Source of the DNA: Hyalangium minutum
Lineage (GTDB): Bacteria; Myxococcota; Myxococcia; Myxococcales; Myxococcaceae
Direction: 5' to 3'
Assembly: GCF_000737315.1 (NCBI RefSeq)
Contig: NZ_JMCB01000001.1
Coordinates: 1 to 64,000, forward strand
DNA: 64,000 nucleotides
Under the pieces are notes generated by a model. That model saw only the letters and a list, made by a program, of their open reading frames with translations, did not search any database and was not told the origin of the DNA. The translations under genes were made by a program, and so were the position numbers. Positions within the stretch are counted from its first letter, which is position 1. Each line of letters starts with the position of its first letter. Shown here in pieces: positions 37,651 through 45,398 of the stretch.

Positions 37651-37739
37651 AGGCATTGAAGCGTCCCCTCCCCTGCCTGGCCTACCCCCTGCCACTCATG
37701 AACTGCCGCAGGGCCCTACCTGAACTAGGATGGGGGGAC

Positions 37740-38351
37740 ATGGACCTCTCCCAGGCGAAGGACATCTTCCAGCGGCTCTACCAGGACCTGTCGGGTTACG
37801 AGACGGCCCAGCGGGAGAAGGAGCGGTTGGGACGGGGGGATCAGTCCACCACCTATGGAGAGATCCTCCCCGAGAGCTTCGTGGAGCTGATGGCTGCGGC
37901 CTCCCCCACCGAGGGTGACGTGTTCATTGATCTGGGCTCCGGCACGGGCAAGGCGACCTTCATGGCGGCCCTCAGCTTTCCGCTCAGCAAGTCCATGGGG
38001 GTGGAGCTGCTCCCTGGGCTGGGGGATCTGGCGCGCGAGCGGCTGGCCGTCTACGACTCCGAGTTCCGTCCCCACCTGCCCGAGCAGCACCAGCGCCAGC
38101 GCATCGAGTTCATCGACGGAGACCTGACGGAGCAGGATCTCTCGGGCGTGGACATCGTCTTCGCGCACGCCACCTGCTTCCCGCCGGAGCTGATCGCCCA
38201 GCTGGGCAAGAAGCTCGAGGAACTCAAGCCGGGGGCCCGGGTCATTGTCGCGGGGAACACGCTCAACACGCCGGCCCTCAAGTTCCTCGCCATGAAGATC
38301 ATGAGGGCGGATTGGGGCACGGCCCTCACCGCGATATACCAGCGCACTTGA
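37740..38351 (+). CDS. DOT1-like class I SAM-dependent methyltransferase
   Basis: TYGE, FIDLGSGTGK, AAL...GVEL, DIVFAHATCF, LKPGARVI, DWG...IY: the DOT1 motif order. Confidence 0.75.
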   Translation: MDLSQAKDIFQRLYQDLSGYETAQREKERLGRGDQSTTYGEILPESFVELMAAASPTEGDVFIDLGSGTGKATFMAALSFPLSKSMGVELLPGLGDLARERLAVYDSEFRPHLPEQHQRQRIEFIDGDLTEQDLSGVDIVFAHATCFPPELIAQLGKKLEELKPGARVIVAGNTLNTPALKFLAMKIMRADWGTALTAIYQRT

Positions 38352-38395
38352 CCTCAACCCACCGCCACACCGAGTGGCCACCCAGGAGAGAGCCC

Positions 38396-38968
38396 ATGCG
38401 AAGCGCTTCCCTGTCCCGTCTGCTGACCGCCGCCTGTACGGTGGCGATGCTCGGCGCCTGCAACGGTAACTCTGGAGGTACGGGAGGTCCGGGAGGCGAC
38501 GGGAATCCCAACACCAACACGCCCAAGTCGCCCCCGCCCCAGGCGCTCCAGGGCCAGTGGCTCAACGGCACCATCTCTCCTCTGTGGTTCTGGGATGAGA
38601 ACTCGCAGATGGTGCAGAACGGCGGCGGCACGGCCGCGTACTTCGTCTTCAAGCCCGACGGCAGCTACGAGGAGTTCCTCTATGCCAGCTTCACCAGCGG
38701 CGGCTCCTGCCGCTACCTGAGCTGGAGCTCCACGGAGGGCACGGCCACCTTCGAGGACGGCACCTTCCACATCTACCCGACCAAGGGGCGCTCGAAGTAC
38801 TCGGACTGCACCCACGGCAGCGACTTCGACAAGTCGCTCAGCGCGGATGAGCTGAAGAAGGCCCAGAAAGTCTACTACTGGAAGTTCCAGGCGCAGGCGG
38901 ACGGCACGTCGCAGCTGATGATGGGGCCCAACGAGACGAGCCTGAGCGTCTTCCAGAAGGCGCCGTAG
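38396..38968 (+). CDS. Hypothetical lipoprotein (beta-rich, lipocalin-like)
   Basis: Lipobox MLGAC; LQGQW; RBS aggag. Confidence 0.75.
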   Translation: MRSASLSRLLTAACTVAMLGACNGNSGGTGGPGGDGNPNTNTPKSPPPQALQGQWLNGTISPLWFWDENSQMVQNGGGTAAYFVFKPDGSYEEFLYASFTSGGSCRYLSWSSTEGTATFEDGTFHIYPTKGRSKYSDCTHGSDFDKSLSADELKKAQKVYYWKFQAQADGTSQLMMGPNETSLSVFQKAP

Positions 38969-39018
38969 CCGCGGTGCTCCAGGGTTGAGCACCGCGGCCA
39001 CATGCGCGCGGTGCTCCC

Positions 39019-39522
39019 CTACTCCTCGAGGGCCTCGTCGGCCTTCTTCTGCAGCATGGCCAGGGTGGCGCGGGCGCGCTTGGTGGTGTCGCGCTTGGCC
39101 TCCGGGTCCAGCTTCAGGGCAGCGAGGATGTCCTTGAGGGCATCCTCGAGCTTGCCCTCTTGCAGGTACAGCTCGCTGCGGCCCACCAGCGCATCCACGT
39201 TGGCGATGTTGAGCCGCAGGGAGGTGGTGTACTCCTCCAAGGCCTCGGGGAGCTGCTTGAGCTGGTGGTACGCGAACGCCAGATTCACGTGGAAGACGCT
39301 GTCATAGGGCGAGGCGGCCACCAGCCCCAGGAAGATGTCGCGCGCCTTCTCCAGATCGCCCCGCTTGAGCATGTTGTTGCCCATGGTCGCGATCTCATAC
39401 AGCTGCTTCTGCGAGAGCCCCAGGTACTGCGCGGGGGTGATGTCTCCGGCGACGAGCATCTCGCCGAGCTCCTCCTTGCTGGGAGCCTTGGCGCTGCCGG
39501 GCTTCTGCGGCGTGTCACTCAT
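39019..39522 (-). CDS. SycD/LcrH-like TPR chaperone
   Basis: LGLSQKQLYEIATMG, FHVNLAFAY, ALVGRSELYL. Confidence 0.8.
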   Translation of the reverse strand: MSDTPQKPGSAKAPSKEELGEMLVAGDITPAQYLGLSQKQLYEIATMGNNMLKRGDLEKARDIFLGLVAASPYDSVFHVNLAFAYHQLKQLPEALEEYTTSLRLNIANVDALVGRSELYLQEGKLEDALKDILAALKLDPEAKRDTTKRARATLAMLQKKADEALEE

Positions 39523-39610
39523 GGTTCACCTGGACAAAAAGGCGGGAGGAAGGCGCAGTGGGTTGCGCTCTCCTCCCGCCCGGGAATGAGATGGATTCAG
39601 CCTAGCTCAA

Positions 39611-40720
39611 TTACGCCGTGAAGGTGTTGCGGAACGGCTGCACGGCCTTGCTGAGGTGATCCAGGCCGCGGAACAGGTGCAGCATGCGGCCGATGGAGTC
39701 GAAGTCCTTGCCGAGGCGCTCCTGGCGGCGGTTCAGCCAGCTGCCGGGCCCGGGGCGCGCGGTCAGGCCGCCGTCCTGCTCGTGGCGGCGCGACAGCTGC
39801 TCGGCCAGCTTGGACAGGCCCTTGAACACATCCGACAGGCCCTTGAACACGTCGCGCATCTGCTTCAGCAGCGCGTCGGCGCCCTGCTGCGCGCCCGACG
39901 GCTGGGTGGTCGGGGTGCCCGGAGCCAGATCCTTGCCCAGCTTGAAGGACTCGCCGCCGTTGTTGCTGCCGACGATCTCCTTGCCCGTGAAGGACCAGTC
40001 ATCGGTCTCCTTGCCCATCACGAACACGTCCTTGCCACCGAAGTCGTTGACGTGCTGGAAGCCGTCGTGGGTGACCTGGCCGGTCTTGCCCTTGCCCTTG
40101 TCGATGTCCGTCACCTGCACGCGGTCGTTGCCGGAGATGATGTCCAGGCCGCCGGTCACCGTCATGCCGTTGCCGTAGGGCTTGGTGGTGACGTTGATAC
40201 GGGTGCCGTCGCCCAGCACGAAGGTGCTGTCCTTCTTGAAGTCCCACTTGCCGCCGTCGCCCTCGGCCACGTGCGGGTCGCCCCAGATCTTCGTCTCCTT
40301 GCCGTCCGGACCGGAGATCTTCCAGTCGAACTGGCCGAGCTGCTCGATCTTGTAGCCGCCGGGGGTGGTCACCACGCCGTTGGAGCTCGTCTGCAGGCTG
40401 CCCTGGGGGTGCGAGCCCTGCGAGGGGTTCGGGGTCTCAGGACCCACCGCCATCTTCCACAGGTCGTCCAGCGAGCGGGGGCCCGTGGAGGACGGAGGAA
40501 CGAAGCCGGTGTTGCCGCCGGCCGCAGTGCCCGGCGAGGTGGCGCCGGGGGGAACGAAGCCGGTGTTGCCCGTGGCCGCGGTGCTCGGGGCCTGCGCGGA
40601 GGCGGCCTTGATCAGCTGCGCCTCGAGCTTGTTGAGCTTGCCCTCGAGGGTGCTCAGCTGGGAGCTGAGGGTGTTGAGAGGATTGGCTCCGATACCCACA
40701 GGCTTCGACGTGATCGACAT
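39611..40720 (-). CDS. DUF1521-like domain protein (T3SS-associated)
   Basis: TKIWGDPHV...WDFKKDSTFVLGDGTRINVTTKP core; low-complexity N-terminus; helical C-terminus. Confidence 0.75.
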   Translation of the reverse strand: MSITSKPVGIGANPLNTLSSQLSTLEGKLNKLEAQLIKAASAQAPSTAATGNTGFVPPGATSPGTAAGGNTGFVPPSSTGPRSLDDLWKMAVGPETPNPSQGSHPQGSLQTSSNGVVTTPGGYKIEQLGQFDWKISGPDGKETKIWGDPHVAEGDGGKWDFKKDSTFVLGDGTRINVTTKPYGNGMTVTGGLDIISGNDRVQVTDIDKGKGKTGQVTHDGFQHVNDFGGKDVFVMGKETDDWSFTGKEIVGSNNGGESFKLGKDLAPGTPTTQPSGAQQGADALLKQMRDVFKGLSDVFKGLSKLAEQLSRRHEQDGGLTARPGPGSWLNRRQERLGKDFDSIGRMLHLFRGLDHLSKAVQPFRNTFTA

Positions 40721-40803
40721 GATTACTATCCTTTTTGGTTAAAGCGCCGCGGCCGCCCCTCCGAGAGGGAGAAGCGCTGCCGCCCAGCGCATTTCTTACT
40801 ATG

Positions 40804-40858
40804 AGTATCGGCCCATCCGCTTCAGAGTTTCGTGGCGATTTTCACCAACATTATCGGT
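40804..40858 (-). promoter_or_regulatory. sigma28-type promoter GAAA-N15-GCCGATAC upstream of the DUF1521 gene
   Basis: Sense strand gaaactctgaagcggatgggccgatact; an additional ACCGATAAT further upstream. Confidence 0.65.
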
Positions 40859-41026
40859 CGCTTGACCGATGCACTGCCAGCTCCACCCGAGCGCAGATAG
40901 GCACACAAAGTCGCACCCGAGCGGTCGGATCGCGCGCTCGAAGCCCAAAACGAAACCGGCCCCGCGGAAGGACCTGAGGTCCTCGCGAGGCCGGCTCCGA
41001 ACTGCTCTGTAGCGCCTACCCGGCTA

Positions 41027-41254
41027 TCACACCGCCAGGTTCTGGATGACGCTCTTGCTCATCTCGTGCAGCGCCTTCATCATCGTCGTCGCCAGCTGCA
41101 CCATCTCCTGCATCCGCTGCATCTCAGCCTGAACCTTCAGAAGGTTCTTCTGCTCCGCGGGGATGTTCTGGTTGTCGATCCACGAGTTCATCGTGCCGAC
41201 GTTGCTGTTGATGGTGCCAGAGAAGTTGTTGAAAACGCCGCCGAGGCTGGACAT
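41027..41254 (-). CDS. 75-aa needle-subunit-like protein, copy 2 (QAE allele)
   Basis: Identical to copy 1 except one S-to-A change; RBS aaggag. Confidence 0.85.
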   Translation of the reverse strand: MSSLGGVFNNFSGTINSNVGTMNSWIDNQNIPAEQKNLLKVQAEMQRMQEMVQLATTMMKALHEMSKSVIQNLAV

Positions 41255-41314
41255 GTGCGACTCCTTGAGACGGATGGGGTAGGAAGGGTGAACCGCGAAG
41301 CAGCTTACACCTGG

Positions 41315-41365
41315 ATTATCGGTTCTGGGCAGAGGGAGTTTCCTGGAATTTTCCGGATCATTTCC
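41315..41365 (-). promoter_or_regulatory. sigma28-type promoter of copy 2
   Basis: GAAA-N15-ACCGATAA, same as the copy 1 promoter. Confidence 0.75.
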
Positions 41366-41516
41366 TACCTCCCGGATCCCCTCGAGTCGCCTGAGCCTCT
41401 GAGCCCAGTTCGGCGCCCGCGGGCTCCTGCGGCGCCAAAACGAAACCGGCCCCGCGGAAGGACCTGAGGTCCTCGCGAGGCCGGCTCCGAGCTGCTCTGT
41501 AGCGCCTACCCGGCTA

Positions 41517-41744
41517 TCACACCGCCAGGTTCTGGATGACGCTCTTGCTCATCTCGTGCAGCGCCTTCATCATCGTCGTCGCCAGCTGCACCATCTCCTG
41601 CATCCGCTGCATCTCGGACTGAACCTTCAGAAGGTTCTTCTGCTCCGCGGGGATGTTCTGGTTGTCGATCCACGAGTTCATCGTGCCGACGTTGCTGTTG
41701 ATGGTGCCAGAGAAGTTGTTGAAAACGCCGCCGAGGCTGGACAT
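41517..41744 (-). CDS. 75-aa needle-subunit-like protein, copy 3
   Basis: Same protein as copy 1; RBS caggag. Confidence 0.85.
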   Translation of the reverse strand: MSSLGGVFNNFSGTINSNVGTMNSWIDNQNIPAEQKNLLKVQSEMQRMQEMVQLATTMMKALHEMSKSVIQNLAV

Positions 41745-41805
41745 GTGTGACTCCTGAGAGTGGGAAATTCGTTTGGGGAAGGGAAAGTAACTGCCTGACA
41801 AGCTG

Positions 41806-41857
41806 ATTATCGGGCCAGCCCTGCCGGAGTTTCCTGCGACTTTTCCGGATCATTTCC
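41806..41857 (-). promoter_or_regulatory. sigma28-type promoter of copy 3
   Basis: GAAA-ctccggcagggctgg-CCCGATAA. Confidence 0.75.
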
Positions 41858-42006
41858 TACCTCCCGGATCCCCGAGTCGCCTGAGCCTCTGAGCCCAGCT
41901 CAGCTCCCGGGGGCTCCCCAGGCCCCAAAACGAAACCGGCCCCGCGGAAGGACCTGAGGTCCTCGCGAGGCCGGCTCCGAACTGCTCTGTAGCGCCTACC
42001 CGGCTA

Positions 42007-42234
42007 TCACACCGCCAGGTTCTGGATGACGCTCTTGCTCATCTCGTGCAGCGCCTTCATCATCGTCGTCGCCAGCTGCACCATCTCCTGCATCCGCTGC
42101 ATCTCAGCCTGAACCTTCAGAAGGTTCTTCTGCTCCGCGGGGATGTTCTGGTTGTCGATCCACGAGTTCATCGTGCCGACGTTGCTGTTGATGGTGCCAG
42201 AGAAGTTGTTGAAAACACCGCCGAGGCTGGACAT
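42007..42234 (-). CDS. 75-aa needle-subunit-like protein, copy 4 (QAE allele)
   Basis: Same protein as copy 2. Confidence 0.85.
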   Translation of the reverse strand: MSSLGGVFNNFSGTINSNVGTMNSWIDNQNIPAEQKNLLKVQAEMQRMQEMVQLATTMMKALHEMSKSVIQNLAV

Positions 42235-42296
42235 GTGCGACTCCTTGAGAAAGCAGGGTGGGTGGGAGCGGCCGACAGCAGCCGCCTGACAAAATG

Positions 42297-42347
42297 ATTC
42301 TCGTGCCCACTCAGGAAAAGTTTCCTGGGGACTTTCTGGATCATTTT
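42297..42347 (-). promoter_or_regulatory. Degenerate sigma28-type promoter of copy 4
   Basis: GAAA-N15-CACGAGAA. Confidence 0.55.
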
Positions 42348-42461
42348 TCTGAGCCCAGCCGCCTGGAGTTTCCGGCTCCCGCAACAAAACCGGCCTCGCG
42401 GAAGGACCTGAGGTCCTCGCGAGGCCGGCTCCGCACTCCCCTGAAGCGACTGCCGGAGGAA

Positions 42462-42692
42462 TTACACCGACAGGTTCTGGATGGTGCTCTTGCTCATCTC
42501 GTGCAGCGCCTTCATCAGCGTGGTGGCCAGCTGGGTCATCTCCTGCATCCGCTGCATCTCGGACTGAACCTTCAGCAGGTTCTTCTGCTCCGCCGGGATG
42601 TTCTGGTTGTCAATCCACGAGTTCATCGTGTTGACGTTGCTGTTGATGGTGCCCTGGAACTGGTTGAAGACGCCCTGCAGTGCCTGCGACAT
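42462..42692 (-). CDS. 76-aa divergent needle-subunit-like paralog, copy 5
   Basis: MSQALQGVFNQFQGTINSNVNT...MSKSTIQNLSV. Confidence 0.85.
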   Translation of the reverse strand: MSQALQGVFNQFQGTINSNVNTMNSWIDNQNIPAEQKNLLKVQSEMQRMQEMTQLATTLMKALHEMSKSTIQNLSV

Positions 42693-42751
42693 GATTGACT
42701 CCGTATATGAGTGATCCGCCAGTCAGTGGCGGCTATGACTTCCTTGCCCTG

Positions 42752-42802
42752 ATTATCGGAGTCACCACCCCCGAGTTGCTTGGGGATTTTCGGAATCATT
42801 TC
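42752..42802 (-). promoter_or_regulatory. sigma28-type promoter of copy 5
   Basis: GCAA-N15-TCCGATAA. Confidence 0.7.
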
Positions 42803-42939
42803 GCCGCCAGTGCGAGCTCCGGAGCCGGTGGCGCGGAGGCCTGGAGGCCCTCGAGGCCCAAAACGAAACCGGCCCCGCGGAAGGACCTGAGGTCCTCGCG
42901 AGGCCGGCTCCGAACTGCTCTGTAGCGCCTACCCGGCTA

Positions 42940-43167
42940 TCACACCGCCAGGTTCTGGATGACGCTCTTGCTCATCTCGTGCAGCGCCTTCATCATCGTC
43001 GTCGCCAGCTGCACCATCTCCTGCATCCGCTGCATCTCGGACTGAACCTTCAGAAGGTTCTTCTGCTCCGCAGGGATGTTCTGGTTGTCGATCCACGAGT
43101 TCATCGTGCCGACGTTGCTGTTGATGGTGCCAGAGAAGTTGTTGAAAACGCCGCCGAGGCTGGACAT
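42940..43167 (-). CDS. 75-aa needle-subunit-like protein, copy 6
   Basis: Same protein as copies 1 and 3. Confidence 0.85.
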   Translation of the reverse strand: MSSLGGVFNNFSGTINSNVGTMNSWIDNQNIPAEQKNLLKVQSEMQRMQEMVQLATTMMKALHEMSKSVIQNLAV

Positions 43168-43229
43168 GTGTGACTCCTGAGAGTGGGAAATTCGTTTGGG
43201 GGAAGCGAAAGTAACCGCCTGACAGCCTG

Positions 43230-43281
43230 ATTATCGGACCCACACCGCCGGAGTTTCCTCCGGTTTTCCAGGATCATTTCC
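43230..43281 (-). promoter_or_regulatory. sigma28-type promoter of copy 6
   Basis: GAAA-N15-TCCGATAA. Confidence 0.75.
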
Positions 43282-43305
43282 TGGTCGGCCAAGTCCTTGA
43301 AATCA

Positions 43306-43941
43306 CTAGCCCTTCAGCTTGCCGATGGAGGGGTTCTTCATCCAGGTCTTGAAGGACTCGAGCTGCTGCTGCTCGGACTTGGGCTCCTGGGCAGCCGGGG
43401 CCTTGGGGGGCGCGGCCGTCTCCGGGTTGAGCGTCATCTTGCTGGGCTTGGAGCCACCCCCCTCAAAACCATCCTGCGCCTTCTTGGCGCCAGGGGCCAC
43501 GGGAGCCGCAGGGGCCGCAGGGGCCGCGACGCCGCCGGCCACGTTCGGAACCTGGACGCCCTCGAGGAGCGACGGGCCCATGATCTTCTCGGGGATCTTC
43601 ACGCCCTCGGGCAGCTGCATCTGGCCGGTGAAGCCGAAGGCCACCAGACGCTTCTGCATGTACTCCACGCACTGCATGATGATGGCCGGGGGCGGCAGGA
43701 CGGGATCCTTCATGAAGCGCATGAAGGCGTCCTTCACGTCCTGGTAGATCTGCATGTCGAACGGCGAGCCCGGGCGCGTGTGCAGCATCAGCTCGTGGAA
43801 CTTGCGCAGCAGGGGCTGCGCGGTGCCGGTGGCCGCCTTGGCCTGCTTCTCGACCTCGGGAATCAGCCGCTCACGCTCTGCCGCCAGCTCGGGCGGCTCG
43901 GGGGGAAACTGCGGGGCATTGGGGTTCTTCGCGTTCGACAT
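43306..43941 (-). CDS. T3SS-cluster hypothetical protein
   Basis: 211-aa ORF with RBS ggag; helical core and Pro/Ala-rich linker. Confidence 0.75.
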   Translation of the reverse strand: MSNAKNPNAPQFPPEPPELAAERERLIPEVEKQAKAATGTAQPLLRKFHELMLHTRPGSPFDMQIYQDVKDAFMRFMKDPVLPPPAIIMQCVEYMQKRLVAFGFTGQMQLPEGVKIPEKIMGPSLLEGVQVPNVAGGVAAPAAPAAPVAPGAKKAQDGFEGGGSKPSKMTLNPETAAPPKAPAAQEPKSEQQQLESFKTWMKNPSIGKLKG

Positions 43942-44078
43942 GAGGCGGGCTCCTCCCGGGGTAGGGGTGCGCTAAATCTACACGATTGCCCCATGCTAAC
44001 AGCAAAGGGGATTCCCCGATCAAGCTTACGGCTGGGAGTTTACGCGTCTTTGCCCTGCCCCGGCCCTACCGGAGAGGC

Positions 44079-44555
44079 TCAGCGGCGACCCGTGAGCGAG
44101 GAAATCATCGCATTGGCCTTCCGAGTCACCGGGTCATCCTCCGCAGCCAGCGAGGCGGCGCGGCGCAGATCCTCGATGGCCTGCGACTTCTGGCCCATGG
44201 TGAGCTTCACCTCGGCGCGGCCCACGTAGGCCTGGGCATCGTCCGAGGCCAGCTTGATGGCCACGTCATAGGCGGCCAGCGCGCCCTGGGCGTTGCCCGC
44301 GGCCAGCTCCACCACCCCGAGCGCCTTGGCGAAGTACGGATCCGTGGGGTTCACCGCGTAGAGCCCCTGGAAGAGCGTCCGCGCCTCGTTCACCCGGCCC
44401 TGGTGGAAGAAGAAGTAGGCCGTCTTGGCGATGGCGTAGAGCTCATCGTCTGAGTAGCCGCGCACGTCGCGCAGGGTCGCCTTGCCGTCCGCCCACTTCT
44501 GCAGGGCCGCGACGAGCTTCGCCTCTTCCTGGGGGCTGTTGGGGTCCGCAGCCAT
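44079..44555 (-). CDS. SycD/LcrH family class II chaperone
   Basis: GYSDDELYAIAKTAYFFF..G, YFAKALGVVE, AYVGRAEV. Confidence 0.85.
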   Translation of the reverse strand: MAADPNSPQEEAKLVAALQKWADGKATLRDVRGYSDDELYAIAKTAYFFFHQGRVNEARTLFQGLYAVNPTDPYFAKALGVVELAAGNAQGALAAYDVAIKLASDDAQAYVGRAEVKLTMGQKSQAIEDLRRAASLAAEDDPVTRKANAMISSLTGRR

Positions 44556-44559
44556 GATG

Positions 44560-45036
44560 CTAGTAGCCCTCGTCCTTCTGCTCCTCGCGGATGCGGCGCA
44601 TGATCTCCTGCACCTCGGAGTTCACCTGGCCCACCAGCGTCAGCATCTGCGACTCGCGCTGGAGCAGGGCCTTGAGCCGCTCCATGCGATCCGGCGGCGC
44701 GTTGATGCGCGACAGGCCACGCTCCATGAGCCGGCGCTGATCATTCTCCCCACGCTCGGCCACGCTCTCCAGCTGGGGCCGGTCCGAGAAGCCCTCGAGC
44801 GGCGCGTCATTCTGACGAGGATTGGCCGGGGTGGGCAGCCGCAGCTCCTCGGAGGAGTGCGCCGGACCGATGAAGTCCAGCAGCGCCGCCGAGGCAAGCG
44901 CCGGGTTCTTCGGGTTGCCGGTCTTCTTGGTGTTCTTGCGGTTGAGCTGCGTGCGATCGACAAGCCGCTCACGGACGCTGCGGGGACCACCCCAGGGCCA
45001 CAGCGGCGCAGGGGGTTGATTGTTGATCTTCGCCAT
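44560..45036 (-). CDS. T3SS-cluster hypothetical protein
   Basis: 158-aa ORF tightly spaced between neighbours. Confidence 0.75.
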   Translation of the reverse strand: MAKINNQPPAPLWPWGGPRSVRERLVDRTQLNRKNTKKTGNPKNPALASAALLDFIGPAHSSEELRLPTPANPRQNDAPLEGFSDRPQLESVAERGENDQRRLMERGLSRINAPPDRMERLKALLQRESQMLTLVGQVNSEVQEIMRRIREEQKDEGY

Positions 45037-45080
45037 GGTTGTGCAACCTCACTCCAGAACAGGGCCGTTCGTCCAGTCCC

Positions 45081-45365
45081 CTACTTCTTGGCGCCGCTCG
45101 CCTGCTGCTCCTGCTGCAGGGCGTAAACGAAGTTCAGCACCTCGGCCACCGCGTCATACAGCTCCTCGGGGACTTCCTGGCCCACGTCGACGCGGTAGAG
45201 CGCATTGGCCAGGGGGAGATTCTTCATGATGGGGATGTTGTACTGCTTGGCAATCTCGCGGATTTTCTCCGCCTTGAGGCGCATCCCCTTGGCCACGACC
45301 CGAGGCGCGCCGTCCTTCTCCTTGTCGTACTTCAGCGCGATCGCGATCTCCGTCTCGTCGTTCAT
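45081..45365 (-). CDS. Stand-alone FlhB/SctU C-terminal domain protein
   Basis: [20 protein letters not shown]...IPEELY-like [13 protein letters not shown]. Confidence 0.9.
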   Translation of the reverse strand: MNDETEIAIALKYDKEKDGAPRVVAKGMRLKAEKIREIAKQYNIPIMKNLPLANALYRVDVGQEVPEELYDAVAEVLNFVYALQQEQQASGAKK

Positions 45366-45398
45366 GGCTGCCCTGGATGATACCCCGGCCGGGCCCCG

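Larger units (their letters stand above)
40947..43281 (-). repeat. Tandem array of five promoter-gene-terminator units, about 455-490 bp each
   Basis: Terminator starts at 40947, 41437, 41927, 42386 and 42860; gene stops at 41027, 41517, 42007, 42462 and 42940. Confidence 0.95.

Noticed and set aside
40947-43281. Repeated hairpins as CRISPR or REP elements
   Set aside because: Each hairpin follows a gene stop and has a U-rich tail, so they are terminators of duplicated transcription units.
43941-44070. sigma28-type promoter upstream of the 43306-43941 gene
   Set aside because: TAAA is present but there is no CGATAA at the 15-bp spacing.
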